A DNA stretch of 64,000 bases from an uncultured virus (IMG/VR IMGVR_UViG_3300044630_006741) (lineage: Duplodnaviria; Heunggongvirae; Uroviricota; Caudoviricetes). The position numbers were made by a program, and so were the translations under genes. Under the pieces are notes generated by a model. The model was given only the letters and a program-made list of their open reading frames with translations. It ran no database searches and was not told the DNA's origin. Below, in pieces: positions 20,609 through 30,403 of this stretch (positions within the stretch are counted from its first letter, which is position 1; the number at the start of each line of letters is the position of its first letter). Where the stretch lies: IMG/VR virus record IMGVR_UViG_3300044630_006741, one strand, 5' to 3'.

Positions 20609-20761
20609 ATGGCCAAGAAAACAACCACCTCCTCATCCACACAGCACAAGGCAAAGCCTAGAAGAAAAAGACCGGGCGTTCACTCGAAAACAAAATCATC
20701 CAACCTAAAATCTTCTAAATTGTGGAAGAAGATTAATAGAGGCCAAGGTTCAAAAAGATAA
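20609..20761 (+). CDS. small basic protein (50 aa, not in ORF track)
   Basis: MAKKTTTSSSTQHKAKPRRKRPGVHSKTKSSNLKSSKLWKKINRGQGSKR. Confidence 0.6.
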   Translation: MAKKTTTSSSTQHKAKPRRKRPGVHSKTKSSNLKSSKLWKKINRGQGSKR

Positions 20762-20771
20762 TTCTATTAAC

Positions 20772-21080
20772 ATGAGTATAAATGAAATAGAACAGATAAA
20801 GAACGATATAATAAGCCACAGATGCTGGATTAGATCGGTCGTTAAATCGGTAAATACACCGGATCAATTAGAATCAGCACAAAGACTGGTTGGAAATTGG
20901 AAAACCCTTACATACAAAAAGATAGATTCCTTTAAGCCTTCATTTTTCTCATCCAATAGTGGATGGAGAAGTCTTCTGGAACTTTTCATAAGAGTAGAAA
21001 AGGAATTAGAATCACACTTAGCCGGTAAAAAGGCTTTAATCAGAATAAAACATTTAGAAGACGTTTACGAAAATGCATAA
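20772..21080 (+). CDS. hypothetical protein
   Basis: 102-aa ORF coupled to the next gene. Confidence 0.6.
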   Translation: MSINEIEQIKNDIISHRCWIRSVVKSVNTPDQLESAQRLVGNWKTLTYKKIDSFKPSFFSSNSGWRSLLELFIRVEKELESHLAGKKALIRIKHLEDVYENA

Positions 21081-21555
21081 GGTAGAAAAATTCAGTGACT
21101 ATCTCTCACAGATAGAAGTAATGCCGCAGGTTAACAACGGGGAACCTTTCAGTATAGATGGGGAGAATATATCTCCATTATGTTGCTCCCTCATGGGACA
21201 CATGATGCAGGATATGCCTTTCCCTGAAGAGTCAATACCCTCTGTAATTTTCATAGAAGAAGAACAGCCAGATACGCATCCAGCTTTTAAAAGAACTGGG
21301 TACTATGACTTTAAGGATAACTGCATAAACATATACGTTACAGGCAGAGCACTTAAGGACATACTGAGATCAATCGCTCACGAGCTAATCCACGCAGACC
21401 AGCATATCAATAAGGGGCTAGATTTAAGTCCCGCAGTTACAGGATTAGGTGAGGATTCCACTAAAGCCGCTGAAGAGATAGAAGCTGATGCATATCTAAG
21501 AGGAAATCTTGGACTTAGAAAATGGGAGGATAGATTGAAACCGAAATTCAGATGA
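21073..21555 (+). CDS. HEXXH zinc metallopeptidase-like protein
   Basis: LRSIAHELIHADQ ... EADAY. Confidence 0.65.
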   Translation: MHKVEKFSDYLSQIEVMPQVNNGEPFSIDGENISPLCCSLMGHMMQDMPFPEESIPSVIFIEEEQPDTHPAFKRTGYYDFKDNCINIYVTGRALKDILRSIAHELIHADQHINKGLDLSPAVTGLGEDSTKAAEEIEADAYLRGNLGLRKWEDRLKPKFR

Positions 21556-22808
21556 TAGAAAGAGTTAAGAAATACAGGGATCTATTTGAGGGATATCAGG
21601 ATTCTGAATCGGGTAAGGAGGAGTCCAGGGGTCTAACTGAGGACCAGATTAAATTTTTAGATCTGCACTGCAGACAAAAAGGATCATGGACATATAACGA
21701 TGTAACAGGAAAGGTGGACATCAATGGGGATTTCGATGCGAGGGATTATGCACTATATGATCTAGAGGATATAGAATTTGGTGTTGTTACGGGAGTTTTT
21801 TTAATATCATCTAATAACCTAAAAACTTTAAAGGGATGCCCAGAAGTTGTAGGAGGTGATTTCTCGTGTAAAAGGAATAAGAGATTAGAGTCCCTCGAAT
21901 TTGGTCCGAAAAAGGTAGGTGGGGATTATCATTGCAATTCATGTAGCTTAGATTCTCTAAAAGGATCACCGGAAGAGGTAAAAGGTTACTTTGATTTCTC
22001 AGGTAATTACATTTACACACTAGAAGGAGGGCCTAAGGTTGTAGGAGAATCTTTTGTGGGTAAATTAAACAGTATAGAGAGTGTTGAGGGTGCTCCAAAT
22101 TTTGTTGGTGGCAGTTTCAACTTAGCACAGAATAACATAAAGAATCTAAAAGGATGCACTAAAGAAATCGAAGGTGATTTTATTATGTACTCAAACGATC
22201 TGGTTAGCTTAGAGGGAGGACCCACTAAGATTGATAAATCAGCAGATTATTTGATTTACTCAAACTCAAATCTAAAATCTCTGAAAGGATGTCCGGAGGA
22301 AACCGGTGATTTCGATGCATCAGGATGTGGATTAGAAACACTAGAGGGATCTCCTAAAATAGTTAACGGTTACTTTAATGTCTCTGAAAATAAATTAACA
22401 AGTCTAGAGGGTTCACCTGAAGAAGTTATAGGTTTATACAATTGCTCAGGCAATGAAATTAAGGACGTGGTTGGTATATCGGAATTCATAGATGGAACTA
22501 TAGATCTAGAGGACAATCCTATTGAATCACTAAAAGGATTTAATTACGAGGATCCAAAATTTCAGCTAGCTAGAACAATATGGATGACTGATCAAGACGA
22601 CATGCCAAAGGAATTTTTAAAGGACATAGCAAAGACATGCTATGCATACAAAATCTCATGGGAGCAAGGCATTATCAAGGAATGGGACAAAATGACCGAC
22701 GGAGAAAAGGTTAGAATATATAAACAGGCGAAAGACTTCCTATCCGAAGAAGACCTTAAGTACTACGGAGCTATGGAGAGATATCTTAACATGAAAAACC
22801 TATTATAG
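21552..22808 (+). CDS. 22-aa leucine-rich-repeat protein, solitary member of the array family
   Basis: About 11 repeats of NxLxSLxGxPxxVxGxFxC; same TGxVDIxGDF cap. Confidence 0.85.
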   Translation: MIERVKKYRDLFEGYQDSESGKEESRGLTEDQIKFLDLHCRQKGSWTYNDVTGKVDINGDFDARDYALYDLEDIEFGVVTGVFLISSNNLKTLKGCPEVVGGDFSCKRNKRLESLEFGPKKVGGDYHCNSCSLDSLKGSPEEVKGYFDFSGNYIYTLEGGPKVVGESFVGKLNSIESVEGAPNFVGGSFNLAQNNIKNLKGCTKEIEGDFIMYSNDLVSLEGGPTKIDKSADYLIYSNSNLKSLKGCPEETGDFDASGCGLETLEGSPKIVNGYFNVSENKLTSLEGSPEEVIGLYNCSGNEIKDVVGISEFIDGTIDLEDNPIESLKGFNYEDPKFQLARTIWMTDQDDMPKEFLKDIAKTCYAYKISWEQGIIKEWDKMTDGEKVRIYKQAKDFLSEEDLKYYGAMERYLNMKNLL

Positions 22809-22866
22809 AAACACCTATCCCAATTAAATACACGGCAGCATCTATACATTAAAATAATAAATAATT

Positions 22867-23223
22867 ATGAAATACTTAAAGAAATTTAACGAGAGCAACA
22901 CCAATTTACCATTTAGAAACGAAGATCTTGTCAAAGACTCTGACATCGGTACATATGAACTATATCTTGATGGAGGTACCTGCTGGGGAATAACATTCCC
23001 AAATGGTTATATGGAAGTTGAAGAGGGTCCACATGAGAGTGTTGGCTATATGAATGGCGAAATAAATGGCATTGCAGTATCGGCAAAAGGATATGACGTA
23101 CCTAGAATACCTGACAAATACTGGATGGGTGAAATGTCAAAGGATGAATTGTTAAAATTTTTAGATAGCGTTATTAGCGGATACGACGATATTGCTAAAG
23201 AACCATTTAGATATAAAATGTAA
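22867..23223 (+). CDS. hypothetical protein (leader-bearing)
   Basis: MKYLKKFNES. Confidence 0.7.
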   Translation: MKYLKKFNESNTNLPFRNEDLVKDSDIGTYELYLDGGTCWGITFPNGYMEVEEGPHESVGYMNGEINGIAVSAKGYDVPRIPDKYWMGEMSKDELLKFLDSVISGYDDIAKEPFRYKM

Positions 23224-23224
23224 A

Positions 23225-23869
23225 ATGAAACACGTAAAAGTATTTGAAAATTTTATCAACGAGGGTATCTTTGATTCTTTAGGACTTGGTAAAATTAAGT
23301 TATTTTCTAAAGTGATGACTGACCCGTTTATTTTATCGATACTTCCAGCCATTAAGAAAATGATGGATGCAAATCTAAAGGATCAAAAAAGCTGGATAGA
23401 GGAATATAAGACAATTTTCAGAAAATCTTGCGTTAAATTCGGCGGAGCTAAGAAGGAGGATATAAAGGGAACGTGCAACAAACCGCAGACAGTTCAGAAT
23501 TTAGTACAGTACTTTTTAGATCCAGCTAAGGGACTTCTAGACACAAAGACGTTTACACAATGGGTAGAGGAAACCACAAAAGGTGCTACGCCAGGTGAGG
23601 TTCCTTATAAATATAAAATCAGCGATGTAGACAAATACGTAACAACAGCTGTTGATATTTTAAAGAAAACTGGTGTTTCTGATGGTGACATTAAGAAGAC
23701 AGGAACTTACGCTTTAACAATACTGATTCCTTATATTGCTAAATTTTATACAGCTAAGGACATTGAAGAAACACAGATGGTGAAAAGCGGAAAACTAATA
23801 GACGCAGCTAAAGCTAAAGAATTGCTTGCAGGTGGAGGTGAAAACCCCGACGGAACCATATCAATATAA
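23225..23869 (+). CDS. hypothetical protein (leader-bearing)
   Basis: Start at ATG 23225, MKHVKVFENFINE. Confidence 0.7.
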   Translation: MKHVKVFENFINEGIFDSLGLGKIKLFSKVMTDPFILSILPAIKKMMDANLKDQKSWIEEYKTIFRKSCVKFGGAKKEDIKGTCNKPQTVQNLVQYFLDPAKGLLDTKTFTQWVEETTKGATPGEVPYKYKISDVDKYVTTAVDILKKTGVSDGDIKKTGTYALTILIPYIAKFYTAKDIEETQMVKSGKLIDAAKAKELLAGGGENPDGTISI

Positions 23870-23875
23870 AAGATC

Positions 23876-24940
23876 ATGAAAGCGTTACAACGAAATTTTT
23901 ACTTCTTTATTACAGTTCTTGCTTTAAGTTCTTGCGCGAGTTTTGAAAATTTGACCGATGATCGTACACGTGCAGAAGACGATGAAATGTATTGGAATGG
24001 AAAGGAATTGTTTTACGACAATTCACTCGTAGTGGATGCAGCGGGAACAGGTGATGATTACTACGATCATAGTTATACCTCTCGAGCCAATTCATTAAAT
24101 GGGGGGACAAATCCAAGAGCAATGTTTAATCCGATTAGCGGTTGGCAATTGAGTTACGGTTTGAATTCGTTTTCCAATTACAACAGTGCATATGGAATGG
24201 GTTTTAATTCATTAAGTCCATACAATTCACACGTTGGATTTGGTAGATACGGTAACTACGGCTACAATCCTTATGGTTATAATTTATATGGATATAACCC
24301 ATACAGTTCTTTCAATCCCTATGGATGGTATGGTTACAATCCTTATGGCTATGGCCTTGGCGGATTGGGCTGGGGAGGTTACTGCTATGGAAATGGCTGG
24401 TACGGAAACGGAAATGGCTGGAATGGTAATGGTGGTGGATGGGGAAGCTCAAACGTGGGTGGTGAAACACCAAATGTTACACACCATCACCGTAGACCTA
24501 CAAGTGTAGGAACCGGGAATTCTTCAACATACGGACGCGGTGTGCTTCAAAAGAGTTTGGTGCAACCTATTAGTGAAGCATCTCGCACACCTCAGTCAGT
24601 GGCTACTGCCCGCTCGAACAATTACAACTATTCAAATCCAACTTATTCAAGACCGTCATCAACGAATACTCAAGCAATTCCATCTTATTCGAGCCCTTCA
24701 CGATCAACCCCTTCACACACACGCCCATCGAATTCAGGACCTTCAAGAACGACGCCCCCAACACACACAAGTCCTTCGCGTCCTTCGCCAAGTTACAGTT
24801 CGCCATCGCCTTCAAGATCGGCGCCAACGAAACCTTCAACGAGCTCACCTTCTCCATCTCCATCTCGTTCAACTCCAACGCGCACGAGCCCTGCTCCAAG
24901 CTCTCCTACAAGAACAACTTCACCAGGTAAGAGACCTTGA
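23876..24940 (+). CDS. lipoprotein with Gly/Tyr/Asn-rich and Ser/Pro/Arg-rich low-complexity regions
   Basis: Signal peptide II ending LALSSC; GYNPY repeats; SPSRS-rich tail. Confidence 0.7.
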   Translation: MKALQRNFYFFITVLALSSCASFENLTDDRTRAEDDEMYWNGKELFYDNSLVVDAAGTGDDYYDHSYTSRANSLNGGTNPRAMFNPISGWQLSYGLNSFSNYNSAYGMGFNSLSPYNSHVGFGRYGNYGYNPYGYNLYGYNPYSSFNPYGWYGYNPYGYGLGGLGWGGYCYGNGWYGNGNGWNGNGGGWGSSNVGGETPNVTHHHRRPTSVGTGNSSTYGRGVLQKSLVQPISEASRTPQSVATARSNNYNYSNPTYSRPSSTNTQAIPSYSSPSRSTPSHTRPSNSGPSRTTPPTHTSPSRPSPSYSSPSPSRSAPTKPSTSSPSPSPSRSTPTRTSPAPSSPTRTTSPGKRP

Positions 24941-25022
24941 TGCGAAGCAAGATGTTACAAAAGATATACATCCTCTATTACTCGCATTAAATTATCTATG
25001 TCCTTAATTGATATATAGACAT

Positions 25023-25343
25023 ATGGAAAACATTGAGCTTTACGAGTTTTTTAATATAATGGGAAAAAGCAAGGAAAAATCCCTCAAAATATTATTCTGC
25101 GATTCAAAAGGATTGGTTCTAGAATCGGATTCACTTTCAGATTGCATTCATATACTACCAGGTCTGAGTGAACTTGAATTACCCGGAGAAGATAATTTCT
25201 CATCTGTTATCATCTTTTTTAAGGATGGTAAATGTGCAGGTGGATACGAAAACGGTTCCCAGGTAATCACTTGGAACGCTACTAATGAGATAAAGGATCT
25301 GAATATATTTGATCTATTAAGTGAATATAACATCTCTATTTAA
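25023..25343 (+). CDS. hypothetical protein
   Basis: ATG 25023 after GATATATA at 25010. Confidence 0.6.
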   Translation: MENIELYEFFNIMGKSKEKSLKILFCDSKGLVLESDSLSDCIHILPGLSELELPGEDNFSSVIIFFKDGKCAGGYENGSQVITWNATNEIKDLNIFDLLSEYNISI

Positions 25344-25344
25344 A

Positions 25345-26763
25345 ATGAGGATAATTAACAAATTCGAGCTATTTGAAGCTCTAAACGAGGGGTCTAGAGA
25401 GATCCCGTCTAATATAATAATAGGTGATTCTCTATCACCTCTTATTGACAGAAACACAACAAAGGCTTCCCTTATAGGAAGTACAGGAAACGAGTCTAAC
25501 CTTTGGAAAGGCGGAATGGGGGTTTCTTGGTTAAAAGGAGCTGTTGATAAGTTCCCGGCAACTCCAGGTGTCAAAAATGTAATCATTGAAATTGGAACTA
25601 ACGGTGCATTTAGTTCCAGGGATGATATATCAGGTCTCGTTTCTTCAATTAAAAAGGTGTTTCCAAATGCGAAACTCTATGTTGTACAGGGGTCATGGGG
25701 ATGGGGAGGCAACGCGAAAGTAACAATAAGCGAAGTCACCGAATACTATAATAGATTCAAAGCTCTTGGGGTTGTAGTCGTTGAGCCACCAATTGGATAT
25801 TCTGCAACCGACACTGAGGCACACCAAAACAAGGAATCAATTAAAAAAATAGGAAAAAACATAGATGCTGTATTATCAGGGCAGTCACAGGTCCCAACCA
25901 ATCAAAGCCCAATAGGTGCAGATGACGTCATAATAAAAACTGATCCATCAGATAAGGATACTGTGATCTATAAATCAAAGAGTGATCCCTACTACTATAA
26001 GATAGTAAATGGCATATGGTTTGCTAAGGGTCCAAAATTAAAGCAATGGACATCACTAGAAAAAAATCAATTAGCAAACAATATACTTGATAAAAGATAT
26101 CCTGGTGTTAGATCCGGATCTGGTGAGATACAATATAAGGAACCGGTAAAAGTGGATCCTGAAAAGATAAGTGGGGATTTTATTAGCTCTGGCTCATTTG
26201 ATCCCGAGAAAGAGGATGCAGGGATATCTAAAACTTACAACATACATCTTATACCTGATAATCTATCCACAACCAAGCCTAATTACAGAAGTGCACAGAT
26301 GCCACTCAAAGATCTTAAGTATTTCCTAGAGAAGTATGGTATAAGAAACGTTATTAGACTAAATGGGGACGGCGGGGACAGCAAACACAGAAAGTCAGAT
26401 CCAGAAACTTCCATACAGGAGGAGAAAAATCTGTGCAATAGCTTGGGTGTTAAATTCAATAAGCTATCTTCAACAAAGGATCAGGATAAAGTAAACGAGA
26501 TACTCTCGGGAGGTAACACTCTAATACACTGCGCTCATGGAGCAGATAGGACTGGCGGTAATGTAGGAGGGTATTTCTACACCAAGAAGGTAAATTCAAA
26601 TCTAGACTCGACAGATGAAATCTGGAATTACACTACGAAATATAACGGATGGAATAGGATGGTGAAGAATAGCCCAGACAAGTTCTCTTCGGGTGGATAT
26701 CTTAGGCAAGCTCAAAAATTCGGGGTTAGGGATCTGGAGCAAGCAAAGTTGCTAGCCAAATAA
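25345..26763 (+). CDS. SGNH-like domain fused to a PTP/DSP-family phosphatase domain
   Basis: IIIGDS...IEIGTNG N-domain; YRSAQ..YGIRNVIRLN..LIHCAHGADRTG (CX5R). Confidence 0.75.
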   Translation: MRIINKFELFEALNEGSREIPSNIIIGDSLSPLIDRNTTKASLIGSTGNESNLWKGGMGVSWLKGAVDKFPATPGVKNVIIEIGTNGAFSSRDDISGLVSSIKKVFPNAKLYVVQGSWGWGGNAKVTISEVTEYYNRFKALGVVVVEPPIGYSATDTEAHQNKESIKKIGKNIDAVLSGQSQVPTNQSPIGADDVIIKTDPSDKDTVIYKSKSDPYYYKIVNGIWFAKGPKLKQWTSLEKNQLANNILDKRYPGVRSGSGEIQYKEPVKVDPEKISGDFISSGSFDPEKEDAGISKTYNIHLIPDNLSTTKPNYRSAQMPLKDLKYFLEKYGIRNVIRLNGDGGDSKHRKSDPETSIQEEKNLCNSLGVKFNKLSSTKDQDKVNEILSGGNTLIHCAHGADRTGGNVGGYFYTKKVNSNLDSTDEIWNYTTKYNGWNRMVKNSPDKFSSGGYLRQAQKFGVRDLEQAKLLAK

Positions 26764-26767
26764 AATT

Positions 26768-26796
26768 AAAAAAGCAATCAATCGATTGCTTTTTTT
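26768..26796. terminator. bidirectional intrinsic terminator
   Basis: AAAAAAGCAATC-AATC-GATTGCTTTTTTT between convergent units. Confidence 0.8.
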
Positions 26797-26809
26797 GTGA
26801 CCTAATGTT

Positions 26810-27868
26810 TTATATGATTCTTCCCCTGTACCTAGATAATGCCTCATATCCTTTCTTCTCCTCAGGAGAGAGATCTTGGTTATGCTTGGCTAGGTAGATT
26901 CGGTCTTCCTCTGTGGTATTATTCCAGCACAGTGCCACTGCCTCTTCAAAAGTAATATTTTCTTCCTCCATGGATAAAAAAATCTTCCGGACAGCAGCTT
27001 GAGTGATCGGATTGGCTGAGAAGTATATTTCTCCTTCCACAATCTGGGGTGCTCCCTCCAAAGAGGTAATGTTATTTGCTCTGCAATAAAAAGAACCCTC
27101 TATAATCCGTGGTGCCCCCTTTAAAGAGGTAAGCGAGTTGTCGGAGCAATCAAAATACGAGTTTATTATTTCCGGTGCCCCATCTAAGGAGGTAAGCTGG
27201 TTTTTAGAACACATATATCCTCCGCCTACTTTCTGTGGGCCTCCTTCTAATGATTTAAGATTGTCACCGGAGCATTCAAAAGTTCCCTTTATGATCTGTG
27301 GTGCCCCCTTTAGAGAGGTGAGAGGATTTCTGGAGCAATCGAAACTATTTTCTATAGTCTGAGGTGCTCCCTTTAGAGAAGTGAGCAAGTTATCGGAACA
27401 ATTGTATGCACCACCCACGCTCAGCGGTGCTTTCTCTAAAGATGTGATTGAATTATAGGAGAAATTGAAATTGCCACCTATCTTCTGGGGTGCTCCCTCT
27501 AGGGATGTCAGTTTGTTACCGGAACAATGAAAATGCCCGCCCACTTCCTGAGGTGCTCCTTTTAGAGATGTGAGTCTGTTGTTACTGCAATCGAAACCTC
27601 CTCTAATTACTTTTAGGGGTGCTCCTTCCAGAGAGGTGAGATAATTATTAGGGAAAGCGAAATGTCTACTAACGTTACCAAATCTCACTCCTTTAAAATC
27701 TGTCAGATTTCCCCAGGAGCATCTAAAATCACCATCGATATCAACAAGTCCAGTCTCTGGATTAATCGTCCAGGTTCCCTTTACGCACTCGTCAAGCCAT
27801 TCTCTCTGCTCCAGATTGAGCTCCTGCACGTTTTCGTATAGCTCGTGATATCCTTTAATGTGTCTCAT
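26810..27868 (-). CDS. LRR-array protein (10 repeats)
   Basis: 22-aa NxLTSLxGAPxxVxGxFxCS repeats between conserved caps. Confidence 0.9.
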   Translation of the reverse strand: MRHIKGYHELYENVQELNLEQREWLDECVKGTWTINPETGLVDIDGDFRCSWGNLTDFKGVRFGNVSRHFAFPNNYLTSLEGAPLKVIRGGFDCSNNRLTSLKGAPQEVGGHFHCSGNKLTSLEGAPQKIGGNFNFSYNSITSLEKAPLSVGGAYNCSDNLLTSLKGAPQTIENSFDCSRNPLTSLKGAPQIIKGTFECSGDNLKSLEGGPQKVGGGYMCSKNQLTSLDGAPEIINSYFDCSDNSLTSLKGAPRIIEGSFYCRANNITSLEGAPQIVEGEIYFSANPITQAAVRKIFLSMEEENITFEEAVALCWNNTTEEDRIYLAKHNQDLSPEEKKGYEALSRYRGRII

Positions 27869-27879
27869 GTTTCTATATA

Positions 27880-28809
27880 TTATAGCACTCTCTTCTTTAG
27901 CCTAGCTAGTGCTTCATATCCTTTAATTTCATCTGGTGAAAGATCAGGATTGTGCTTGGCTAAGTATGCCTTGTCGTCATCTGGTATTATTTCCCAGAAA
28001 TACGCGACCGCCTGTTCTAATTTGATTTTAGAATGGTCCATAAGAGCGATAATTCTATCGATTGATTCTTGAGATATCGGGTTACCGTTGGAACGTATAT
28101 AGTCATCATCGATCGGAGGAGCTCCTTCCAAACTTGTGAGTTGATTATTTGCACAATTGAAATATCTACCAACACTATTAGGGGCTCCCTTTAGTGAAGT
28201 GATCTTATTATAGGAACACCTAAAATCCCTTCCAACCTCAAGGGGTCCTCCCTCTAGGGTGGTAAGCGAGTTAGCATTGCAAAAGAAATCACCTGTCACG
28301 ATTTGTGGTGCTCCCTCTAGCGAGGTGAGTCTGTTGCCATAGCACCGGAAACTACCGTCCTCGACCAGTGGTGCTCCCTCTAGGGAAGTTAGCCGATTCG
28401 TGGAACAATCGAAATCTGAAGGGACTTTCTGAGGTGCTCCTTTTAGGGAGACGAGTTTGTTGCTGTAGCATAAGAATCTACGTCCCACTTCCTGTGGTGA
28501 ACCCTCGAGTGAGGTTAACCAATTACCATAGCACAGAAAATCCACACCCACGCTTTGTGGTGCTCCTTCTAATGAAGTGATATCATTTGTGCCACAGTTA
28601 AAATTACCGCTAACATGTCCGAATTTTACACCATTAAAACCCTTAATTTGCTGAGCCCTACAATCGAAATCACCCTCCACATCAACCAATCCGGTATCAG
28701 GATTAAGACTCCACTTGCCACCAGTGCATTTATCTAGCCACCCGATCTGATCTGGTGTTAATTCTGGGCTATTCTCAAATATGTCTATAAATCTCTTGAC
28801 GTGCCTCAT
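27880..28809 (-). CDS. LRR-array protein (8 repeats)
   Basis: Same repeat and caps. Confidence 0.9.
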   Translation of the reverse strand: MRHVKRFIDIFENSPELTPDQIGWLDKCTGGKWSLNPDTGLVDVEGDFDCRAQQIKGFNGVKFGHVSGNFNCGTNDITSLEGAPQSVGVDFLCYGNWLTSLEGSPQEVGRRFLCYSNKLVSLKGAPQKVPSDFDCSTNRLTSLEGAPLVEDGSFRCYGNRLTSLEGAPQIVTGDFFCNANSLTTLEGGPLEVGRDFRCSYNKITSLKGAPNSVGRYFNCANNQLTSLEGAPPIDDDYIRSNGNPISQESIDRIIALMDHSKIKLEQAVAYFWEIIPDDDKAYLAKHNPDLSPDEIKGYEALARLKKRVL

Positions 28810-29417
28810 ATCACTCTCTTCTTTAGTCTAGCTAGTGCTTCATACTCTCTTATCTCCTCCTGTGAGAGTCTTGGATTATATTGGGCAAGTAGTGCTCGAT
28901 CGTCTTCATCCATATCGTCCCACTGCATCTCAACAGCTTCATACCAGTCCATGCCGGATTTCATTCGCTTATAGAGAGCTTTCAATGTGGGGTTAGAAAC
29001 TGGATTGTCCCAGCAAAGAAATTCATTTCGAATACCCTCGGGTAACCCCTCTAGTGAGGTTAGCTGGTTTCCGTAGCAATAGAAATTCCTCCCAACCTTC
29101 TGTGGTGCACCCTTTAGTGAGGTGAGCTGGTTATTATGACAATAGAAACCATTTCCAACATTCTGTGGTGCTCCCTCTAAGGAGGTGAGCTGGTTGTTTC
29201 GACACCAGAAATCACTGGTTACCTCCCCGAATTCCACACCCTTAAAATCTGTCAGTTTCTGTTCAGAACAATTGAAATCACCATCTATATCAACCAGCCC
29301 AGTTTCTGGATTACGTATCCACATTCCTCTTGTGCACTTATCGAGCCACTCGATCTGTTCTGGTGTTAATGGAGTTCTAGCTTCAAAAAGCTCTTGATAC
29401 CTCTTTACGTGCTTCAT
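28806..29417 (-). CDS. LRR-array protein (3 repeats)
   Basis: Same repeat and caps; ATGA overlaps. Confidence 0.9.
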   Translation of the reverse strand: MKHVKRYQELFEARTPLTPEQIEWLDKCTRGMWIRNPETGLVDIDGDFNCSEQKLTDFKGVEFGEVTSDFWCRNNQLTSLEGAPQNVGNGFYCHNNQLTSLKGAPQKVGRNFYCYGNQLTSLEGLPEGIRNEFLCWDNPVSNPTLKALYKRMKSGMDWYEAVEMQWDDMDEDDRALLAQYNPRLSQEEIREYEALARLKKRVI

Positions 29418-30403
29418 AATACTCTCTTCTTTAGTCTAGCTATTGCTTGATACTCTCTTATCTCCTCTGGCGTGAGTCTAGGATTGTACTGTGCCACTAG
29501 TGCCCTATCGTCTTCATTCATATCGTCCCACAGCATCTCAACAGCTTCTTCCCAGGACATCCCTGATTTCATCTTCCTATAGAGAGATTTAAGCACGAGT
29601 ACAGAAACTTGATTTCCCTCACAATAAAGATCACCGCCAATCTTTTTCGGTACCCCCTCTAGTGAGATGAGCTGATTGTCCGCACAATTGAAATCTGTCC
29701 CAACTTTCCGGAGTGTTCCCTCTAGTGAGGTGAGCTGGTTACGTGAACAATTAAATCTACCATCAACAGTCTGGGGTGCTCCCTCTAATGTGATGAGCTG
29801 ATTATCAGAACACTTGAAATTCCCACCAACCCGCTGTGGAGCTCCCTCTAGTGTGGTCAGCTGATTTCTTTCACACCAGAAACTTCCTCCAACCTGTTGG
29901 GGAGCTCCCTCCAGTGAGGTGAGCTGGTTGTTCCCACAATAGAAATCCAACCAAATCTTCTGTGGCACTCCCTCTAGTGACGTGATGTAGTTATCGGAGC
30001 AAGTGAAATGATCTCCAACCTCCTTTGGCGCATTCACCAGTGAGGTAATCTGATTATCCGAACAATCGAAAGCCTTTCCAATCCGCTGTGGTGCCCCGTC
30101 TAGAGACGTGAGCTGATTGTCATAGCAAAAGAATCCTCTCAAAACCTCCTGTGGTGCCCCCTCCAGTGAGGTAAGCTGATTTCCGTTGCACCAGAAATCT
30201 CCTCTCACCACTCCAAATTTAACTCCCCTCAAATCTGTCAGGTCCTGTTCACTACAATAAAAAGTACCATTCACATTAACAAGTCCTGTTTGGGAATCGA
30301 GTGTCCATGTATCTTTAGTGCAGGAATCCAGCCACTCGATCTGCTCCTGTGTTAATCGAGTTTGGGCTTCAAAAAGCTCTTGATATTTCTTGACGTGTCT
30401 CAT
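29414..30403 (-). CDS. LRR-array protein (9 repeats)
   Basis: Same repeat and caps. Confidence 0.9.
   Translation of the reverse strand: MRHVKKYQELFEAQTRLTQEQIEWLDSCTKDTWTLDSQTGLVNVNGTFYCSEQDLTDLRGVKFGVVRGDFWCNGNQLTSLEGAPQEVLRGFFCYDNQLTSLDGAPQRIGKAFDCSDNQITSLVNAPKEVGDHFTCSDNYITSLEGVPQKIWLDFYCGNNQLTSLEGAPQQVGGSFWCERNQLTTLEGAPQRVGGNFKCSDNQLITLEGAPQTVDGRFNCSRNQLTSLEGTLRKVGTDFNCADNQLISLEGVPKKIGGDLYCEGNQVSVLVLKSLYRKMKSGMSWEEAVEMLWDDMNEDDRALVAQYNPRLTPEEIREYQAIARLKKRVL

Noticed and set aside
24234..25007. Alternative-frame ORFs overlapping the lipoprotein gene
   Set aside because: By-products of low-complexity coding sequence.
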